A stretch of DNA of 64,000 bases, from contig JBFWOZ010000008.1 of the NCBI GenBank assembly GCA_050250255.1, forward strand, positions 24,516 to 88,515, in the 5' to 3' direction. The notes beneath the pieces are model-generated. The model saw only the letters and a program-made list of their open reading frames with translations. It ran no database searches and was not told the origin of the DNA. Below are positions 10,033 to 19,914 of the stretch, one piece after another; the first letter of the stretch is position 1; each line of letters starts with the position of its first letter. The stretch comes from Bdellovibrionales bacterium. Its GTDB lineage: Bacteria; Bdellovibrionota; Bdellovibrionia; Bdellovibrionales; DASUEL01. The position numbers were made by a program, and so were the translations under genes.

Positions 10033-10066
10033 AAAAAAAAGACCAGAGCGTTTTACCCTGGTCTTT
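10033..10066 (-). terminator. intrinsic terminator
   Basis: AAAGACCAG/CTGGTCTTT stem with a T-run on the minus strand, downstream of 10120..11235. Confidence 0.7.
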
Positions 10067-10119
10067 GAAGTCATCTTGTTTCATTTGATATCCAACCGAT
10101 ATTACAACCCTGGCGTTGG

Positions 10120-11235
10120 TTACTGTAAGCGAAAGATATAGTTATTGAATCCAAATTTTGGATTCAACCTGTAATCGTAATCGAGACGTGGCTCGAAGGT
10201 TTTTGTCCCAACTAGACGCCCATATTGTCTCGCATAGATGGTCACTGTGACTGAATAAACATCACGACACCAAATGTTGGTAAATATCTCACCTCCATTG
10301 AGGAGTTCGTTCGGATACCTTACCGACTGCACATGGACAGGGTCTGTCAGTTGGCCACTCTTTACAAATCGATTCGTGGATGACGTAATCGCATCACGCT
10401 GCACGGAGTTGGGTAGTTTCATAAGATAAACACCAAGTGTACATTCGGCAGAACTAAGAGCACTTAGAATTTTAAATTCTGCACTGATATCCAGGGACGA
10501 AACCGCCTGCGTAAGCGGGAAAACTTGATAGTTAGGCCATAAATTAGATTTTAAACTCAAAAGCTCTTCATAGAATTTCGTCTTAAGTTTATTGAGATCT
10601 TGAGGACTCGAAGTGAACAACAAAGACGTGATTTCTCTAACCAAATCGGAATTTTCAATGGAAGCGTTCCGTTTTTTTGCTATTCTATAAGCCGCCTCAT
10701 GAAAGTAAAATCCTGCAAAATCAAGTTGTGTTAAAACTCCTCTAATCTCACCATCTACCATCACTAAACCGTTAGTTTGAAAATTTGCGAATTGTTCAAA
10801 TTCACAACCTCTCTTTAATCCGATACGAGGATTAAAGTCATTTGTTTTTGCAGGGCCTGCTGACGGTGATTTAAATGTTCGTGTATTAAGTTTGATATGG
10901 GCAATCTCAGCCAAAATTTCTTGATAGACTCCTTTGTACTCAAGATAGTCTCTATCGGTGGGTTGGATTCTTTTGAGTCCCTCAGCTAAAATTTCCTCCC
11001 AAGTTGGTTTTAGATTATTGAACTCCATACCTTCTGGGTAATCGAGATAGACAGGTTCTCTAGCCTCTGCAAGGTCTAAAAGCTTAGCCGACACAATACT
11101 TCCACCTGCATCACGGCAGACAACGGAAATCCCACCTCCGCCTTCTTTGGTTGCAAACGCTGCGGGGCTCGCAACTGTTAAACACAGCAATACGGAAAAT
11201 AAATGCGTTTCCATTTTTTTAGTAAATTGTTTCAT
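10120..11235 (-). CDS. hypothetical secreted protein (EGGGG..VVCR N-terminal motif, HEAAY motif)
   Basis: 371-aa ORF with signal peptide ending AFA; 4-nt overlap with the upstream regulator. Confidence 0.75.
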   Translation of the reverse strand: MKQFTKKMETHLFSVLLCLTVASPAAFATKEGGGGISVVCRDAGGSIVSAKLLDLAEAREPVYLDYPEGMEFNNLKPTWEEILAEGLKRIQPTDRDYLEYKGVYQEILAEIAHIKLNTRTFKSPSAGPAKTNDFNPRIGLKRGCEFEQFANFQTNGLVMVDGEIRGVLTQLDFAGFYFHEAAYRIAKKRNASIENSDLVREITSLLFTSSPQDLNKLKTKFYEELLSLKSNLWPNYQVFPLTQAVSSLDISAEFKILSALSSAECTLGVYLMKLPNSVQRDAITSSTNRFVKSGQLTDPVHVQSVRYPNELLNGGEIFTNIWCRDVYSVTVTIYARQYGRLVGTKTFEPRLDYDYRLNPKFGFNNYIFRLQ

Positions 11236-12038
11236 AGGGGCTCCTTTTTACTTGTATTCGTTAATGGGAAAAAACTAATTTGAATTTGGTAGACTTCATC
11301 TGACTCTTCTTTATTGTAAAATTCTTGAGCAAAACTTCTTCGAAATTCGGTAATTCTTTTTTTGGCTCGCTCCATATCTTGAGATTTAAAAGCGAAAGTG
11401 GCTGAAGTATGATTTCGTTGCAATAACGGAACTTCCTGAACTGCCTTTTTGGAAATTTCAAGAAGTTGACATTGGTATTTTCGTGCAGCGCTTGAAGTCA
11501 TATCGTTCGTAAGATGAGAGAGATTTCCATTTTCAGAAATGTCCTTCCACGTTCCATCGGGCATTTCTTGTAGCAAATCCAATCTCATGAGACGCTCTAC
11601 TGCGATCTTCGCTTCGGTCTTCGTGATCCCTAAACGTCGACTAACCCATTGGGCATTGGGTTCGAAACTTTTAAGATAAGTTAATTCTAAAATTGCGTAG
11701 TGATACCAATCGGAGATCACAGAAAAGGCATCCAAAGTTTGGTGCTGAAATGGAACGATACTGCCTTTGGTTATTTCGTTATTTGGAATTTTATTGAGTT
11801 CATGAACAGAGAGGCCAAGTACACTTCCTAAACGCAACTTCATTTTTTCTGTCAAAGGCCGCTTGCTACTTAATATTTGTGATAAAGCAGAAGGTTCAAT
11901 GTTTAATGATCGCGCAAAGGCTCTCAACGAATAATTGGGGTTAGAACGGCATCGGCTCACGAGCTCTTCTTGCAAAAGCCGACGAAAAGACAAGGCTTCA
12001 GAAGATTTTAATTTTTTACTCTTTACGCTGACTTCCAT
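11232..12038 (-). CDS. TIGR02147/DUF4423-family HTH protein
   Basis: NPNYSLRAFARSL..PSALSQIL..KRPLT HTH; ISDWYHYAILEL; VYQIQISFFPLT C-terminus. Confidence 0.85.
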   Translation of the reverse strand: MEVSVKSKKLKSSEALSFRRLLQEELVSRCRSNPNYSLRAFARSLNIEPSALSQILSSKRPLTEKMKLRLGSVLGLSVHELNKIPNNEITKGSIVPFQHQTLDAFSVISDWYHYAILELTYLKSFEPNAQWVSRRLGITKTEAKIAVERLMRLDLLQEMPDGTWKDISENGNLSHLTNDMTSSAARKYQCQLLEISKKAVQEVPLLQRNHTSATFAFKSQDMERAKKRITEFRRSFAQEFYNKEESDEVYQIQISFFPLTNTSKKEPL

Positions 12039-12077
12039 GGGTGGAATCTACTGAAAGTTCAGAAAACTCGCCACAGG

Positions 12078-12112
12078 TTTTGACACAACATGTGTCAAAA
12101 TGACTGACACAT
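12078..12112. promoter_or_regulatory. candidate operator (perfect 10-bp inverted repeat plus a third half-site)
   Basis: TTTTGACACA-aca-TGTGTCAAAA at 12078-12100 and TGACACA at 12105, about 40 nt upstream of the TIGR02147 gene. Confidence 0.55.
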
Positions 12113-12202
12113 ATAAATCCTTCACAGATAGAGAAAGCCGGAGCTGTCTAGAAAGTTTACAAGCCTAAGACGATCGCTTCCTGTCTTCCTTCATTGTTAG
12201 CT

Positions 12203-13894
12203 CTACAACTTCTTACGAAGTTCCTCAAGCTTAGCACGAGTCTCTTTCATGTTGGGCCAATTCACATCCGTGCGGGCGAGATACTGATCCAGAAGTAACT
12301 TCGCCTCTTCTTTTTTGCTCGCGCCTATATAGGCTTTTGCCAAGAGCTCGGCCACCCAAAATTCATTTCGTTCGTAAGAATTTTTAATCGCTTTCTTTCC
12401 GAGAGGTATGGCCTCTCCAAATTTCTTAAGCTCAACCAAGACTCGGAGGCGACGACGCTGAACATCTCCGTCATTCGGGTTACGCCTTAAGAGGTCCATT
12501 GCGAGTTTGTTGGCTTCTTCAAATAGCTGTGCAGAAGTGAGAATGAAAAGATAACGAACCGCCGGCCCACTCTGACGAGCGGTGATTTTTAAAGAGCGCC
12601 CCACATCGGCCGCTTTCTTCCAAGCCTCTTTCGCATCCATGCCTGCAGAATCTATTAAATCCGCACGAAGCATGGCGATCAGCAAAGTTTCGTATCCCGT
12701 AAATTCTCCAACGATGTCCCCAGCGAGCACCGTTTTTCTTTTTTCTGGGCTTGCAAGGAGCTCATCCGCGAACGCAACACCTTCAGCGGCGACCACTTCT
12801 TTTTCTTTTTTATCGCTGAGCTCACCGACGAGTCTTGTTCTCCAATCCAAAGAACGAAAACTCTTTGGATCAACGGCTATCGCCTCTTTTAAAGTTTTTA
12901 TGTAACGCGACTGAAGAGACTTATCGTTTTTATAGTCAACAGCTACAGATTCGACTTTCGCCGTCCAATACTCTAATGGCTTCGCCGTCCAATACTCTAA
13001 TGGCTTCGCCGATAAACGATCAAAAACTTTTAATGCCTCATGAAACTGATTGGCCACAACGAGTCGTTGTCCCAAAAGAAGCAATTTTGATTCGTCAGTT
13101 TTTTCAGCTTTCTCAAGCTCCTCTTTAAGAACCTGAATCGGTGTTGAATCTTTCTTGATATCGGCAAAAAAACTTTCGATTCGCGATAGGGGTTGGTAAT
13201 CAACGACGCGATTGATTTCTTGTTGATCTGCATTCAAGACCAAAAGGGTGGGGATCGCTTTCACATGAAACTTATCGGCGATCACAATGTTTTCAAAACG
13301 ATCCATATCAATTTTTACTTTTACATAGTCACGGCCTAGTTTTTTAAAGCGCTCAGATTCGAAAACTTCTTTTTCGAGCCTTACACAGCCCGGACACCAA
13401 CGTGCAGAGAAATCAATGATCACAAGTTTTTTACGCTTCTTGGCTGTCTCTAGTGCCTGAGGCAAATCATCTTCAATAAAACCATGGTGATTTACCCGAC
13501 CGCGATTTTTATGGGTCGATACCTTTTTCGGGGCTGTCGTAGAGCCTGGTGTTGTAGGCACAAAGCCCGCATTCCAACTCGCTTCGTGAGCCTCACAAAA
13601 AGTGTTCGCATCATCACAAATATAAAACGTGCTGCTTGCTACAGACCACATTTCGGGCAGTTCGTAGCGAATCTCGCGTGCCGAAAAGGAAAGAACTTCG
13701 CGCGTTTCGTTTTCGTTAATATGGATTCGGTGAGGAGCCTTTTCATTAAAATGAAAACCTTCCTTCAACTGAGCCACGACCTCCCGCTCTGTCGCTTCTG
13801 AAGAAAATGCTTCTGCACTTCTCTGAGCTGAAGAGGCCGCTTGGACCGATATTGCAAAATAAAAAGAATACATAAATAAAATTATTTTTTTCAT
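12203..13894 (-). CDS. exported thioredoxin-domain protein with helical/TPR-like C-terminus
   Basis: Signal peptide; DsbD-N-like YICDD...CE; DFSARWCPGC thioredoxin motif. Confidence 0.8.
   Translation of the reverse strand: MKKIILFMYSFYFAISVQAASSAQRSAEAFSSEATEREVVAQLKEGFHFNEKAPHRIHINENETREVLSFSAREIRYELPEMWSVASSTFYICDDANTFCEAHEASWNAGFVPTTPGSTTAPKKVSTHKNRGRVNHHGFIEDDLPQALETAKKRKKLVIIDFSARWCPGCVRLEKEVFESERFKKLGRDYVKVKIDMDRFENIVIADKFHVKAIPTLLVLNADQQEINRVVDYQPLSRIESFFADIKKDSTPIQVLKEELEKAEKTDESKLLLLGQRLVVANQFHEALKVFDRLSAKPLEYWTAKPLEYWTAKVESVAVDYKNDKSLQSRYIKTLKEAIAVDPKSFRSLDWRTRLVGELSDKKEKEVVAAEGVAFADELLASPEKRKTVLAGDIVGEFTGYETLLIAMLRADLIDSAGMDAKEAWKKAADVGRSLKITARQSGPAVRYLFILTSAQLFEEANKLAMDLLRRNPNDGDVQRRRLRVLVELKKFGEAIPLGKKAIKNSYERNEFWVAELLAKAYIGASKKEEAKLLLDQYLARTDVNWPNMKETRAKLEELRKKL
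12957..13011. repeat. perfect 24-nt in-frame tandem duplication (2.3 units)
   Basis: TTCGCCGTCCAATACTCTAATGGC x2 plus TTCGCCG; encodes AKPLEYWT twice. Confidence 0.95.
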
Positions 13895-13998
13895 GACCAC
13901 ATCATGTCCTTTCTGAGGTCCCACTGGCAAGATCACAACTTCTGCGTCATTGCAGGTGTTATGATTGACACTCTATGTAGCTGAAATTTAAATAGATT

Positions 13999-16224
13999 AT
14001 GGCTCATTTACCGGTTTTAATTAAAGATCTTGCACTCATCCTCTTTGCCGCGGGGGTGGTGACTCTTTTATTTCGAAAAATGAAGCAACCCCTTGTTCTT
14101 GGCTACATCCTAGCGGGTGTCCTTGTGGGACCAGCTACTTCCCTTTTTCCCACCATCACAGATATCGAAAACATTAAAATTTGGGCAGAAATTGGCGTGA
14201 TCTTTTTGCTCTTTGGCCTAGGCCTTGAGTTTAGCTTTAAAAAACTTTTTCGCGTCGGTGGATCAGCTCTCATCACTGCCTTGATTGAAATCACTTCGAT
14301 GCTTCTTCTAGGGTTCTTCTGTGGAAAACTTTTGGGTTGGAGCAATACGGATAGTTTTTTTCTTGCCGGTATTCTTTCTATCGCTTCAACGACTATCATT
14401 ATTCGTGCCTTTGATGAACTAGGTGTCAAAAATCAAAAGTTCACCCAAAACGTTTTCGGCGTTCTTGTTATTGAAGATCTCGTCGCCGTTGTTCTTCTGG
14501 TTGCGCTAACAACGATTAGCATCGGCCGACAGGTTGAAGGTCTCGAAATGGTGAGCTCGGTCATTCAGCTCGGCTTCTTTTTAATTCTATGGTTTCTTGC
14601 AGGAATTTTTCTCATCCCAACTTTCCTCAAAAAAGTGAAATCTCTGATGAGCGAAGAAACACTCATGATTGTTTCCTTAGGTTTATGTCTTATGATGGTC
14701 ATGGTGGCTTCGGGTGCAGGTTTTTCTCCCGCCCTCGGAGCATTTATTATGGGATCTATTTTAGCCGAGACGACCGAGGCCGAAAAAATTCTTCGTTCTA
14801 CAGAATCTATTAAGAATTTTTTTGGAGCCGTCTTTTTCGTATCGGTAGGAATGCTCATTGAACCCAAAATGATCATTCATCATTGGAATCCCGTTTTAGT
14901 CATCACTCTCGTGCTACTCGCAGGCAAAGTCGTAAGCGTTGTTACCGGCTCTCTAGTTGCTGGGCAATCTCTTAAACCTTCAATTCAGACTGGTATGAGT
15001 CTCGCTCAAATAGGAGAATTCTCTTTTATCATTGCAAGCCTTGGACTTACTCTCGGAGTTACGAGTGATTTTCTTTACCCCATCACGGTCGCGGTTTCTG
15101 CGATCACAACCTTTACGACGCCCTACATGGTTCGTTTTTCTGAACCAACTTTCCAGTGGGTGTCGAAAAAAATGCCTCCCACTTGGAAAGAGCAACTAGA
15201 AAGTTACTCTGTGGGTGCCCAAACAATTTCTGCTGCGGACGACTGGAAGCTTCTTCTCAGATCCTACACCTGGAGAGTTATCGGAAACTCTGTCATCGTC
15301 ATCGCGATTTTCTTGCTCTCCATTAACTTTCTACATCCATTTTTCATCGCCCAAATCTCGAGACTTTTTCATGCCTCAGTTCTCACGGTGATGACCGCTC
15401 TACTTTTTGCCGCCCCTTTCCTCTGGGCGCTAGCGGTTGCAAAGTCTCACCGCAAATCTTTTGAAGTTTTATGGAAACAAAAAAAATATCGTGGGCAGAT
15501 CATTGTTCTCGAACTTTCACGAATTTATATTGCGATCTTGCTTGTGACTTTTTTACTGATTCAATTTTCTTCTTCATCTTGGGCAGTGGTCACACCACTT
15601 CTGGCCATCTCAGCAGGAATGATTTTGTTTCGTCACCGTCTTCAAAAAGTTTATCACCTTCTTGAAAATAAATTTCTTGCAAACCTGAGGTCCCGCGAAG
15701 AGCAGGATGCACAAAGCTCTCCCGTTCTTGCTCCCTGGGATGCACACATTGCCCATTTTCATATCACCCCCAATCTCGCATGCATTGGCAAAACATTAGC
15801 TGAACTTTCGGTGCGTGAGAATTATGGCGTCACAATCGCACTGATTCAACGAGGGCAAGAAAGGATCACCGCTCCTGGGCGTGATGTTCAACTGTTTCCT
15901 CATGATCGTGTCGCGGTGATTGGCAACGACGAGCAGCTGGATAAATTCAAACAGCTCGTCACACCACCTGTTTTCTCTGCCTCAGACGAGATAGAAGTTT
16001 CAGATTATTCTCTTCATAAAGTTATTTTACCAAGGAGCTCCCCTTATATTGCCAAATCCATTCGTGAATCGGGCCTTCGCGAAGCAACCCAGGGTTTAGT
16101 CGTAGGGATCGAACGCAAAGGGCAAAGAATTTTAAATCCTGACTCCAATATTCAATTTGAACCTGACGATCTCATCTGGATTGTGGGAGATGCAAAACGC
16201 ATTCGCAAACTTGGAACAGCTTAA
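13999..16224 (+). CDS. CPA2 cation:proton antiporter with two C-terminal TrkA-C (RCK_C) domains
   Basis: KQPLVLGYILAG, GLEFS, EDL, ALGAF, LAQIGEFSFIIA; two TrkA-C repeats. Confidence 0.9.
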   Translation: MAHLPVLIKDLALILFAAGVVTLLFRKMKQPLVLGYILAGVLVGPATSLFPTITDIENIKIWAEIGVIFLLFGLGLEFSFKKLFRVGGSALITALIEITSMLLLGFFCGKLLGWSNTDSFFLAGILSIASTTIIIRAFDELGVKNQKFTQNVFGVLVIEDLVAVVLLVALTTISIGRQVEGLEMVSSVIQLGFFLILWFLAGIFLIPTFLKKVKSLMSEETLMIVSLGLCLMMVMVASGAGFSPALGAFIMGSILAETTEAEKILRSTESIKNFFGAVFFVSVGMLIEPKMIIHHWNPVLVITLVLLAGKVVSVVTGSLVAGQSLKPSIQTGMSLAQIGEFSFIIASLGLTLGVTSDFLYPITVAVSAITTFTTPYMVRFSEPTFQWVSKKMPPTWKEQLESYSVGAQTISAADDWKLLLRSYTWRVIGNSVIVIAIFLLSINFLHPFFIAQISRLFHASVLTVMTALLFAAPFLWALAVAKSHRKSFEVLWKQKKYRGQIIVLELSRIYIAILLVTFLLIQFSSSSWAVVTPLLAISAGMILFRHRLQKVYHLLENKFLANLRSREEQDAQSSPVLAPWDAHIAHFHITPNLACIGKTLAELSVRENYGVTIALIQRGQERITAPGRDVQLFPHDRVAVIGNDEQLDKFKQLVTPPVFSASDEIEVSDYSLHKVILPRSSPYIAKSIRESGLREATQGLVVGIERKGQRILNPDSNIQFEPDDLIWIVGDAKRIRKLGTA

Positions 16225-16745
16225 TGGAATTTCAAATTGACCTTGCTAAAATCAGTGATTCCGCAGAGCTCAATCGTCTCGTTAATAGCGCCTACCGCGG
16301 AGATTCTTCAAGAAAAGGTTGGACCACGGAAGCCGATCTTCTCGATGGAATACGGATCGATGAAGAGCGATTGAAAGAGCTCGCACAAAAGACCAACTCC
16401 TATCTTCTTCTCTTACGAAACTCCCAACACGAAATCGTGGCCTGTGTCCATTTAGAAGAAAAAGGTTCTTCGCTCTACCTCGGGATGCTCACCGTAGATC
16501 CTAAGATTCAGAATCAGGGTCTCGGAAAAATCCTACTAAAAGCCGCAGAGGAAAAGGCTCGTGAATTTAAACTCAAATCTGTTTTTATGACCGTGATTTC
16601 GGAACGAAAAGAATTGATCGACTGGTACGTCCGTCACGGATACCACAAAACAGGAAAGACTGAACCATTCCCTACGAATGATCCTCGATTTGGTCTCCCA
16701 AAAAAGCCACTAGAGTTTTTAGTACTCGAAAAACTTCTCACTTAA
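16224..16745 (+). CDS. GNAT family N-acetyltransferase
   Basis: LVNSAYRG..GWTTEA, LGMLTVDP..QNQGLGK, WYVRHGY. Confidence 0.9.
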   Translation: MEFQIDLAKISDSAELNRLVNSAYRGDSSRKGWTTEADLLDGIRIDEERLKELAQKTNSYLLLLRNSQHEIVACVHLEEKGSSLYLGMLTVDPKIQNQGLGKILLKAAEEKAREFKLKSVFMTVISERKELIDWYVRHGYHKTGKTEPFPTNDPRFGLPKKPLEFLVLEKLLT

Positions 16746-16793
16746 GTAACAGCTAAAGGCAGCACTTTGGCAGTAAAACAATCACAAATGGTG

Positions 16794-17963
16794 TTAGCTA
16801 AGAGCTTGATCCAAATCCCGAATCAGATCTTCGGAATCTTCAATTCCAATGGACAGACGAAAGGTGCCATCAAAGAGCTGAGCTTGTTTTAGTTGCTCTT
16901 CGTTAAGATCCACTCCAAAGAATCGTTTTGCTGGAGCAATCAACGATTCGGTAGAACCAAGGCTTCCCGCTAAAACAAATTGTTTAAGTCTATTAATAAA
17001 ACTCGGGAGTTTTTCTGCAGATTGTAATTCAGCTGTTACGATCGTTCCAAACTCCTTCATCTGTTCGCGCACAAGCGCATGGTGAGGGTGAGACGCCAAG
17101 CCCGGGTAAGAAACCTTTTTAATCATGGAATGTTTTTCTAAAAAGCTCGCCACCTTAAAAGCGTTTTCGCACTGACGTTCATACCGAAGGTGGTAGGTCT
17201 TCATTCCGCGAAGAAGCAAATAAGCCGCATGCGGATCAAGGGTTGCCCCCACATTCCAAACAATCGGTTTAATGAGCTGTAAAAGCTTTTCGCTAGTGAT
17301 GATTGCACCACCCATCACATCGCCATGTCCCGATGCATACTTGGTCAGGCTATGAATGTAGATATCCACATCATACTGGCCATGTTGATGAAAACCCGCC
17401 AACGTATTATCGAGTAAGGTGAGCACACCCTGCGCTCGAGCTGTCGCCGTCAGCGCTTTTAAATTAAAGACAGAAAGACTGGGATTGGTGGGCGTCTCAA
17501 AAATAACGAGTCGCGTTTTCCCTTTTTGAATGTGCTTTTCAAGATGGTAAGCCTCCCGAACCGATAGCAAAGTATGGGTCACACCATATTTTGCTAGCAA
17601 ATCGCGAATCAAATAGCGAGTCGGCATATAGGACTCGGTAAAGAGAATGACGTGATCATCTTTTTTCAAAAGGGCGATCAACGGAAGGGAAATCGAAGCC
17701 ACTCCGGTGCTGACGCAAATTGCATCGTCCCGCCCTTGAAGCTCTGCTAATTGTTTTTCTAATTGTCTCACCGTAGGATTTGAAATCCGGGAATAAAAAA
17801 AGCCCGTCATTTGATTAGCAACGAGCGATTCGTAGGATTCAAAACTGTATTTTACGCTTTGGTAAATCGGAGCCACCAAAGGTTCATTCCCCTTTTGGAG
17901 ATTCACCTTTGGTGGATGTTGTAACCGAGTATTAAGCCCTAAGCTTTCTTTCTTCTTGTCCAT
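16794..17963 (-). CDS. Cys/Met metabolism PLP-dependent enzyme (cystathionine gamma-synthase/lyase family)
   Basis: YSRISNPT, ETPTNP, DNT, HSLTKYASGHGD, SLGSTESL, RLSIGIED. Confidence 0.9.
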   Translation of the reverse strand: MDKKKESLGLNTRLQHPPKVNLQKGNEPLVAPIYQSVKYSFESYESLVANQMTGFFYSRISNPTVRQLEKQLAELQGRDDAICVSTGVASISLPLIALLKKDDHVILFTESYMPTRYLIRDLLAKYGVTHTLLSVREAYHLEKHIQKGKTRLVIFETPTNPSLSVFNLKALTATARAQGVLTLLDNTLAGFHQHGQYDVDIYIHSLTKYASGHGDVMGGAIITSEKLLQLIKPIVWNVGATLDPHAAYLLLRGMKTYHLRYERQCENAFKVASFLEKHSMIKKVSYPGLASHPHHALVREQMKEFGTIVTAELQSAEKLPSFINRLKQFVLAGSLGSTESLIAPAKRFFGVDLNEEQLKQAQLFDGTFRLSIGIEDSEDLIRDLDQALS

Positions 17964-17975
17964 AGAAGAACCATA

Positions 17976-18830
17976 TTATTCTTCTTCGTGGAAATTGTAA
18001 GAATTAATTAAACTTTGACCTTTCGCAGGACAACCAGATCCCGCTGGCGGTTCTTCCTGTGTTTGACAGTTCGGGCTAGTACTTGGACACTTTACGCGCA
18101 CATGCATGTGATCTTGATGATTGGTAATTGGGCGTAATCGTCGAAGAGTTTCTGTCGAACGTGATGCCATAGCACCTTTTGGAAGTTGAGCGGCGTACCG
18201 ACACAAAGCTTCTTTAATCACAGAATCTGTGAAGATTCGTCCCACCTGACCGGTGGCCACAAGAGCGTCTATGAAGTGATAGTTTCTGACCACATCGAAA
18301 TTGGGAGTTATTTTTCCAGTTTTTACAAACACTTCATCAAACCCGCCAAAGCCTTCTGGATTCATTTCTCGACGATTTACTCTATAGTAAGCCAAGTCTG
18401 CATCGAGTCCATTTTGATGGCTAGCATGTCGACTTAATTGCCCCCCATTAGAGTCTGACGTGTCCCCGATTTGCACACGTTCAGAGTCAGGATATCCTTC
18501 TTTTAATTCGGCGGCAGCCTCCGTAAGTACCCAATACAGCAAATCGGTCACGTAACCGCGATCACGAGTACGAAATACTTTGATAAATCCAAATCCGTCC
18601 AGCGGAAGATTATAAGAATTGATTAAACTTCCGCTGGCATAAAATCCTACTGCCTGAGGAAGCGAATCTTTAGGCATATCCTCTGGAAGTTTGCCAGGAT
18701 CAGCTGGCGGTAGATCTTTTACGAGCTCCCCTCGCTGTCCGCTGACTTCACTGTTACTTTCGTCCGTTTTTGCACAACCGACGGTTCCCAACAAACTGCA
18801 AATCAACATCAACTGCACGACTTTAGGCAT
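17976..18830 (-). CDS. mepA: penicillin-insensitive murein endopeptidase (M74), predicted lipoprotein
   Basis: AVGFYASGSL, IGDTS..GG, HASHQNGLDAD, HQDHMHVRVKCP...C; lipobox TVGC. Confidence 0.85.
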   Translation of the reverse strand: MPKVVQLMLICSLLGTVGCAKTDESNSEVSGQRGELVKDLPPADPGKLPEDMPKDSLPQAVGFYASGSLINSYNLPLDGFGFIKVFRTRDRGYVTDLLYWVLTEAAAELKEGYPDSERVQIGDTSDSNGGQLSRHASHQNGLDADLAYYRVNRREMNPEGFGGFDEVFVKTGKITPNFDVVRNYHFIDALVATGQVGRIFTDSVIKEALCRYAAQLPKGAMASRSTETLRRLRPITNHQDHMHVRVKCPSTSPNCQTQEEPPAGSGCPAKGQSLINSYNFHEEE

Positions 18831-19036
18831 GGGCGTGTCCCCCTTTTCTCATTTGTTTTTTGTCTTTCATCCATCTTAGATGCTCAGTGGACAAAAGTGG
18901 GTAATCGGCGCCGAAAATCCATTCTTACGTCCAGCAAGCTTCGTAAAACCTAGACTTAAATCTCAGCAGTTCTCGTTGACCGTTTTTTTCTCGTGATTCA
19001 TCTTTGTAAGAGGGAAGATAAAGGGAAGAGGGAAAT

Positions 19037-19909
19037 ATGTTTTCAAAAAATGTTTTAATCGTAATTTTATTATTATCCATGGCTGTCTCAGGCTGTTCAT
19101 TAAAAAGAAAAAGACATGCGCGAAATCAGGTCGAGCACGTCATGCCGACTGCGGCTGAACAATTAGATGAGCGATTGATTCCACCGCCCACAGAAGAAGT
19201 CACGACTCATACCCATGCGACGGAAGAAGTCGTCGCGGTTGAAACCGCAACGCCTGCTACAGAATTACCTGCGGTGAAAGCACAAGCGTCCGCAGCGGAA
19301 CACCATACTCGACCCGCTTCTGTTTCAGCGGCAAAAGCAACAAAATGGCTGAAGAACGGAAATATTCGTTATTTAAAATCTTATTTTCGAAAAGATGGCA
19401 AGACCGGAAAAGATCGCGAGCGTCTTTATAAAGGACAACACCCTCATACGATTGTTCTTTCTTGCTCAGATTCACGCGTGCCTCCGGAACTTGTGTTTGA
19501 TCAATCACTTGGTGAAGTGTTCGTGATCCGTGTCGCCGGCGAAGCCCTCGACTCTTCGGTTGTCGCAAGTATCGAATATGCGGTTGAACATTTAGGAACA
19601 AATAATATTTTGGTGATGGGCCATACAAAATGTGGAGCAGTTGACGCCGCCATGAAAACTCCTCCAGGGAAAACTGCGGGTTCTGCGGATCTAGATCAGC
19701 TCCTTTCAGACATTCGCCCTCGGGTAGCACGCTTGTCGCGTGATACAGCCTCACACGATCTTTACCGAGAATCCTTTGAGAACGCAAAGGGCGTGGGTCA
19801 CGATCTTCTCAAGCGTTCTGCGATTATTCGTAGTCGCGTGAATCAAGGAGAAGTGAAAGTCTCTTCTGCCATTTACAACATCACTACTGGCATCGTGGAT
19901 TTCGAATAA
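19037..19909 (+). CDS. beta-class carbonic anhydrase, predicted lipoprotein
   Basis: GQHP, CSDSRVPPE, RVAG, SIEYAV, GHTKCGAV; N-terminal lipobox VSGC. Confidence 0.9.
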   Translation: MFSKNVLIVILLLSMAVSGCSLKRKRHARNQVEHVMPTAAEQLDERLIPPPTEEVTTHTHATEEVVAVETATPATELPAVKAQASAAEHHTRPASVSAAKATKWLKNGNIRYLKSYFRKDGKTGKDRERLYKGQHPHTIVLSCSDSRVPPELVFDQSLGEVFVIRVAGEALDSSVVASIEYAVEHLGTNNILVMGHTKCGAVDAAMKTPPGKTAGSADLDQLLSDIRPRVARLSRDTASHDLYRESFENAKGVGHDLLKRSAIIRSRVNQGEVKVSSAIYNITTGIVDFE

Positions 19910-19914
19910 CTTGC

